From contig MGVM01000088.1 in the NCBI GenBank assembly GCA_001800495.1, positions 12,311 through 40,992 of the forward strand: 28,682 nt of DNA, read 5' to 3'. Source of the stretch: Elusimicrobia bacterium RIFOXYB2_FULL_48_7 (GTDB lineage Bacteria; Elusimicrobiota; Endomicrobiia; CG1-02-37-114; XYA2-FULL-39-19). Within the stretch, counting starts at the first letter, position 1. Each line of letters starts with the position of its first letter. Positions 24,121 to 28,682 of the stretch are shown in pieces. A model generated the notes under the pieces. The model saw nothing but the letters and a program-made list of their open reading frames with translations. It was not told where the DNA came from and did no database searches. Both the position numbers and the translations under genes were made by a program.

Positions 24121-24149
24121 CTGACAAACTGACTCCGTCCCCTAAATTA
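24121..24149 (-). repeat. RAYT-flanking element copy 3
   Basis: CTGACAAACTGACTCCGTCCCCTAAATTA, a 29-nt exact inverted match to copy 1, 5 nt past the stop of 24155..25417. Confidence 0.9.
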
Positions 24150-24154
24150 CTAAA

Positions 24155-25417
24155 TTAATACTCATAGCCTACGCCCAGCATGTAGGAGTAAGCGTTGAAG
24201 TTATACTGGAAATATTTTTCGTAGAGCATGTTGGACCGGGAATTCCTGAAACTGCACGAAATGCTTGCCAGGTATTTTTTCATCACAGGGAAAGCGAACC
24301 TGAGGTTCATCACGTTTGAACTCTGGTAAATTTTTTCCTCGTCCGCCGCGTAGTTACCGTTGACATCCTGGACAATGCGGCTGGAATAATTTTTCCGGAT
24401 TACGTCATAGGAAATGCTGAGGTCGGAGTTGGCGGGCAAAAACCTGAAGGTCACGGACGGCGTGATGCAGGTCTGCCTGTAGTCATAATAATCCCCTATC
24501 CCCTTTATTTTTTCCGTGTCGAACTGGTTCTGGTTGGAGTCCTTGGCTATGCTTTCGTAGTTTATCCCCAGGAAAGTCTTGACTTTCCTGCGACCTTCAT
24601 CATCCGCCCCAAGGGGTACCTTGAAATCCGGTATGAGCTGGCTGACACCTACGGTAAAATTGGAATAAGCGTCCTTTCTTTTTGTGTCAAGGTAATGGCC
24701 GTCAACTATTGAAACCACCTTCTGGTCGCCGTAATTGCTCTGGGTCGCGCCCAGCTTGCAGGCAAGGAATGTGCGGTTAAGTAGCCATTCCATCTTTATG
24801 AATGTCTCGCCGCTTGCTGTATCAAGGACTTTGTCCCCCGATAGCAGCTGGGAATATTGCGTTGAATCGGCGGAAAGCGCCCGGTAATTCGGGAAGGTGG
24901 TGGAATATATCCTTTCACCGAAGGTTATGCTTATCGGTTTTTCAAACTTTTTTTCCATGCTGACTTCAAGGTGGGTTTTGCCGTAATCATAAAGGCCGCT
25001 GCCCCAGGATTCATCGGCGGTTTCCCTGGCAAGCTCGCTCTTGAAACCCAGTTCGCCCCTTAATATCCAGCTGGTGTTTAGCTTGTCCACAATCTTTGTG
25101 TAAAGAAGATTGTCCCAAGTCTGCACGTAAATGTTGCCTTCTTCTTCAATTTCCTTCGGCATCATGGTGCCGGAATAATTTGAATTAAGGCGCGGTAAAA
25201 GTGTAAGTTTTTCGTTAAAGATCACGGCAGGAACATAGTCAATGTCGTAGCTGATGCTCGGGGTCCCCGAGTTTTCGAGGTAAAAAGCGTTGCCGAAACC
25301 CAGCGACGCGTTGAAGAGCGGCATGATCTTTGTTTCCGCTGACGCCTGTCCGGCAGACATAAGAGCGGCCGATCCCGAAACAAGCAGCAGGGCCATAAAT
25401 TTGATTTTCCGTGTCAT
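24155..25417 (-). CDS. Putative outer-membrane beta-barrel protein
   Basis: Start reassigned to ATG 25417 (GGAGGG RBS). Signal peptide, Tyr/Ser/Asn-rich amphipathic strands, and C-terminal YMLGVGYEY. Confidence 0.72.
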   Translation of the reverse strand: MTRKIKFMALLLVSGSAALMSAGQASAETKIMPLFNASLGFGNAFYLENSGTPSISYDIDYVPAVIFNEKLTLLPRLNSNYSGTMMPKEIEEEGNIYVQTWDNLLYTKIVDKLNTSWILRGELGFKSELARETADESWGSGLYDYGKTHLEVSMEKKFEKPISITFGERIYSTTFPNYRALSADSTQYSQLLSGDKVLDTASGETFIKMEWLLNRTFLACKLGATQSNYGDQKVVSIVDGHYLDTKRKDAYSNFTVGVSQLIPDFKVPLGADDEGRRKVKTFLGINYESIAKDSNQNQFDTEKIKGIGDYYDYRQTCITPSVTFRFLPANSDLSISYDVIRKNYSSRIVQDVNGNYAADEEKIYQSSNVMNLRFAFPVMKKYLASISCSFRNSRSNMLYEKYFQYNFNAYSYMLGVGYEY

Positions 25418-25484
25418 TTTAAGTTTCCCTCCGTAAAAATCTGTGTTTTTATTATACATTTTTTTGCCTCAATTTTCCTGTCAA

Positions 25485-25522
25485 TGCAAAAGGAGAATGG
25501 ATGCGCATCCATTCTCCCTTGC
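25485..25522 (-). terminator. Putative terminator / perfect 26-bp palindrome
   Basis: GGAGAATGGATGCGCATCCATTCTCC (25492-25517) is self-complementary and is followed by TTTT on the minus strand, 38 nt after the stop of 25556..26773. Confidence 0.55.
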
Positions 25523-25555
25523 AAACTATTTTCCCGCGCTCTCGCGCGTTTTCTG

Positions 25556-26773
25556 TTATTTGTTCTTTGAAAGGTCGCTGGTGGCGACTTTCACGAAAAT
25601 GCTGGGCGACCAGATCACGTCTATGCTCCTGCTGCCGAATTCAGTGGCTGTCCATATGCCTTCATGGTTGAGCTCGCTGAGTTTCACCGCCCAGTTGTCC
25701 GGGGTGATGCTGCGCAGCATGTTGACGAAGCTCCCTAAGGAAAGCTGCTCGCCGTCATCCTTAATCCATGTTTCCCTATGGGAAAGCGAAGTGCCGTCCG
25801 CGAAGTTTACAGTGTTCGTCCAGTCAAGTTTCTTGTTTATCAGCTGGCTTAATGTCATGTCGCTCCAGGCATTGATATCATTTACCTTGGTCCCGTCCCA
25901 ATAAGAATCGCAGGTGGTATGGGCCCAGGTCAGCCCGTCAACAAGAGCATACTTGCCATTAGCATTATAAATGCTGTCCCTTTTGCTGGGGTCTACTGTC
26001 ACGGTCTTTGAAAGCTCATTGGTTGTTGACTGGTACTTCGGGAGGTAATATTCCAATGTTCCCAGCGTAGCCGTGCCTGCTGTCCCGCCGACATGCGCCA
26101 GGCGAACCTTGGTGATGTCATCTGAATTCGCGGCAGTTTTTAGCTTAATGTACGAATTCTCGTAGATCACGTCATATTTATAGGTTGAATTGAACAGATC
26201 CGTGAAGGTCGGGACCTTGTACAGGTCGCCATTTTCCGCTTGGAACGCCACGGAATCGCCCTTGTCGTTAGAAACTCTGCTGTCGATGCTCTTGGCATAA
26301 AACTCCGGAGCCGTGATGTCAGACAGCGCGCCTGAATCCCACTTGTTGGGGTCAAGCTCGCCGACCCTGCGGATGTCCGGGGCGTTGGTTTCAAGATCAA
26401 CCGGAATATCCTTGTTAAGCGTGTATACTGCCTTGAGCGTGTCTACGCCAGTATCCCTTTTGGTGTAGGTAAGGAACTCAATCTGGTTCGGCTGGGGAAC
26501 GAGGATGTACTGTTCAAGCCGCACCCTGTTGCCGTGGACGTCGGTTAAACTCTTGCCATCCTGGTATTCGCCGAGTTTGAGATCCTGCACGCCTATGGTT
26601 TCCATCTGTTCCCTGCTCTTGCTGTCGTTTACTTCCTGCTTGAGTTCGCTTCTCAAGGAAGCCAGCGGGCCCGCGACCATTTCTTCCGCCAGGCAGAACT
26701 TTGCTGCCGTTCCCAAGATTATTGCTGCCGCGATAACTGCTTCGATTCTTCTACTGATGTGCATGCTTTTCAT
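25556..26773 (-). CDS. Secreted hypothetical protein
   Basis: AGGAGGA RBS, signal peptide, 405 aa. No family confidently recognised. Confidence 0.75.
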   Translation of the reverse strand: MKSMHISRRIEAVIAAAIILGTAAKFCLAEEMVAGPLASLRSELKQEVNDSKSREQMETIGVQDLKLGEYQDGKSLTDVHGNRVRLEQYILVPQPNQIEFLTYTKRDTGVDTLKAVYTLNKDIPVDLETNAPDIRRVGELDPNKWDSGALSDITAPEFYAKSIDSRVSNDKGDSVAFQAENGDLYKVPTFTDLFNSTYKYDVIYENSYIKLKTAANSDDITKVRLAHVGGTAGTATLGTLEYYLPKYQSTTNELSKTVTVDPSKRDSIYNANGKYALVDGLTWAHTTCDSYWDGTKVNDINAWSDMTLSQLINKKLDWTNTVNFADGTSLSHRETWIKDDGEQLSLGSFVNMLRSITPDNWAVKLSELNHEGIWTATEFGSRSIDVIWSPSIFVKVATSDLSKNK

Positions 26774-26797
26774 TTTCCTATCCTCCTGTTCCTTATT

Positions 26798-27358
26798 TTA
26801 GATTCCCGCGATTGAGATAATTTCTTTTGCCTGGCTGTTGGCCAGGTTCGTCAGCGCCTTGTCCGACGTCTTTTTTACGGCTACTTCGTACAGCACTTCT
26901 GAATTAACAACCACTTTTGCCCGCGCCAGGCGTGCCGCTTGCACTGCTTCGCCTGCCTTGACCGAATCATAAATGTGATGCCCCCTGATCCCTATAGTGA
27001 TCAAAAGGGCCAGTGTCACTACTGCCATTGTATATCTCGGCTGAAGCACGGTTTTGAAACCACCGGCCAGCGCTTCCTTTATATTATCCAGCAAACCCGG
27101 CTCACTGGTTGTTGCTTCTTCAAGTTTCTTGCGGAAAACGCTGTCAAAATCGTTTGACAGAGCCGGCACAGCCGTGTTTGAAAGGTTGTTCTGGAATAAA
27201 TTGTGAAGTTTAAGCAGGCTCTGGCTTTCCCTGGCGCAGGATGCGCATGCATCCAGGTGCGCCTTTAGCAGGCCGGCTTCTTCTGCGGTTATAATGGCGT
27301 CTATCTGTTTGTTTATGAGTGCTTCGGTTTGTTTGCAACTTATGTTTTGATTTTTCAT
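26798..27358 (-). CDS. Zinc-binding (zf-HC2/ZAS) transmembrane anti-sigma factor
   Basis: Start ATG 27358 with AAGGA RBS. 'SCKQ...HLDACASC' gives Cys plus HxxxCxxC, followed by a single TM 'YTMAVVTLALLITIGI'. Confidence 0.85.
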   Translation of the reverse strand: MKNQNISCKQTEALINKQIDAIITAEEAGLLKAHLDACASCARESQSLLKLHNLFQNNLSNTAVPALSNDFDSVFRKKLEEATTSEPGLLDNIKEALAGGFKTVLQPRYTMAVVTLALLITIGIRGHHIYDSVKAGEAVQAARLARAKVVVNSEVLYEVAVKKTSDKALTNLANSQAKEIISIAGI

Positions 27359-27426
27359 CTTGCTATCCTTTCTCGGTATTTGCGGCTTCACCTAGTTAGA
27401 TGACACAACCTTCCAAAATCTTTCAC

Positions 27427-28682
27427 TTACCTTACAACTATTTTTCCGGTTTTATTACCCGCGGCCTGCGAGACAAGATAAATATACATGCCTGGGACTA
27501 GTTTTTCTCCTGCTTCATTTTTTCCGTCCCATTGGACTGTAGCTGAAGTTGACGGTAGTTTCTTCACCAGCCGCCCGCTTAGCGTGAATATTTTGATTTC
27601 GCCTCCGGAGGCTTCGTTAAAAAGGAAAGTCACGCGGCTCACTTTTGAAAAATCAACCGGGTTAGGGTAAGCAGTTATATTTGGGCTTATAGCCGGAAGC
27701 GCTGGCGCGGCCGGTGGAATATCCGGCGGCGTAGTTGTGCTGGCTACTACACCTGTCCTGAACGTAAAGCGGGTCAGGGAATGCTTAGGAAAATTGTAAA
27801 CAAAATCGACTGATGGCTGGATGGCGGCTGTTGTGATCAGCACTGTATTGGGCGCCGTAGTGATGTTTATAGACGTATAATCCGGCGCGTTTAATGTTTC
27901 TACCGTGGCCGACAGGAGGCTTGCGGCTGAAAGCCCATTAATTACAATTCTTGCCGTGGTATCGTTTGTAAGCCCGCGGTTAACTACATAAACCCATCCG
28001 CTGGTATTATTTGTTGAGATAACCGCCGCGGCGTCCAATACCGGGACATTGGCCTGCGCGGGAATTATGCCGTAATCAACAGAATTAAATACGGGAGAAT
28101 TACTCACTGTAACCGCGAGGTTAACGCCCCGGGCGGTTTCCGAGTACATTCTGAAAACCTGGCCGAACGCGCTGGGTATCGGGGAAGAATGGCCGTCGCT
28201 TTCAGTCGTGATCATCGCCTGCCACCACGCGCTTTGCATATTGGTGTGGTTTGTGGCCGATATTTTTGGGTCCTTGATAAAAACATTGTATAACAGCGCT
28301 GAATAAAGGGCGGAAGCAAGCATTTTGTTCCTGTCCACTATGCGGATCGAATCAGGCCCGCCATCAGGAATGAAAAAAGCCGCGTGTTCAGTCACTGCTA
28401 TATCCATGCCCTTATTTTGCGCGGAAGCATATTGCGCGATATCGGATTCCAACAGTGAAAAATTGCCCCTTACAAATTCAGGTGCGGCAAGCAGCGCCGT
28501 GAAAACTTTTTGCGTATCAGGGTCATAGGTACCGACAGCGGGAGCATAACTATTGTGGACTGCCATAAAATCAGCTTTTTGCTGGATCGCCTGGAGGACC
28601 CGGCTGTTCCAATCCTGGTAATCTGAAATATGGAATAGTCCGGTATCATGGACACCCAGGACCCCGATCTTTATGTCCGGGT
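27427..28682 (-). CDS. Secreted GH51/alpha-L-arabinofuranosidase-like enzyme (5'-partial) with C-terminal FlgD-Ig/T9SS-like tail
   Basis: Frame is open to the right edge (PDIKIGVLG...WNSRVLQAIQQKADFMAVHNSY). Contains 'IAVTEH', an Alpha-L-AF_C-like 'YVVNRG...FPKHSLTRFTF', and tail 'YPNP...IKIFTLSGRLVKKL...WDGKNEAGEKLVPGMYIYLV'. Confidence 0.7.
   Translation of the reverse strand, partial: PDIKIGVLGVHDTGLFHISDYQDWNSRVLQAIQQKADFMAVHNSYAPAVGTYDPDTQKVFTALLAAPEFVRGNFSLLESDIAQYASAQNKGMDIAVTEHAAFFIPDGGPDSIRIVDRNKMLASALYSALLYNVFIKDPKISATNHTNMQSAWWQAMITTESDGHSSPIPSAFGQVFRMYSETARGVNLAVTVSNSPVFNSVDYGIIPAQANVPVLDAAAVISTNNTSGWVYVVNRGLTNDTTARIVINGLSAASLLSATVETLNAPDYTSINITTAPNTVLITTAAIQPSVDFVYNFPKHSLTRFTFRTGVVASTTTPPDIPPAAPALPAISPNITAYPNPVDFSKVSRVTFLFNEASGGEIKIFTLSGRLVKKLPSTSATVQWDGKNEAGEKLVPGMYIYLVSQAAGNKTGKIVVR

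Noticed and set aside
23479-24132. 217-aa plus-strand ORF ending in KLTKLTN*, like the RAYT C-terminus
   Set aside because: The shared ending comes from element E itself. The rest is antisense to the Ig-domain gene and has no transposase motifs.
20943-24149. Three 26-29 bp repeats as a CRISPR array
   Set aside because: Mixed orientation, kilobase spacing containing whole genes, and no cas genes.
25451-25484. Perfect TTGACA and TATAAT on the minus strand upstream of 25417
   Set aside because: The spacer is 22 nt, too long for a canonical sigma70 promoter. The -10 alone may be functional, but I cannot support the pair.

Overview
Bacterial genomic window, probably from a diderm (beta-barrel C-terminal signals, a FlgD/T9SS-like tail); taxonomy cannot be fixed from sequence alone. 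From left to right: (1) an AT-rich, frameshift-split secreted/tail-fibre-like gene running off the left edge. (2) A + strand carbohydrate/cyclitol-type cluster: Gfo/Idh/MocA dehydrogenase, tandem-PC4 ssDNA-binding protein, LolA-like protein, sugar-phosphate isomerase TIM barrel, IMPase/FBPase, stand-alone left-handed beta-helix transferase, 757-aa putative alpha/alpha-toroid protein, and a GH3 with an altered NagZ motif. (3) A small - strand islet interrupting that cluster: nucleotidyltransferase, 66-aa partner and an unlisted 58-aa ORF. (4) Four GT-C-type membrane glycosyltransferase-like genes plus one small membrane protein, with gdhA among them. (5) A - strand envelope cluster: GH51-like secreted enzyme, zinc anti-sigma, secreted protein, beta-barrel, Ig-like protein, beta-barrel, RAYT-type HUH transposase, ECF sigma. 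The most notable non-coding content is a set of short repeats around the RAYT gene. There are three copies of a 26-29 bp element: two are inverted around the transposase, and the third lies 2.1 kb away, beyond two envelope genes. Also present are GTAG-type REPs with compensatory changes, a dRS3-like CGTC REP, GGGGAC-type solo ends, and a three-copy bulged hairpin with covariation, two copies of which sit just upstream of ribosome-binding sites. I found no CRISPR array, tRNA, rRNA or reverse transcriptase.
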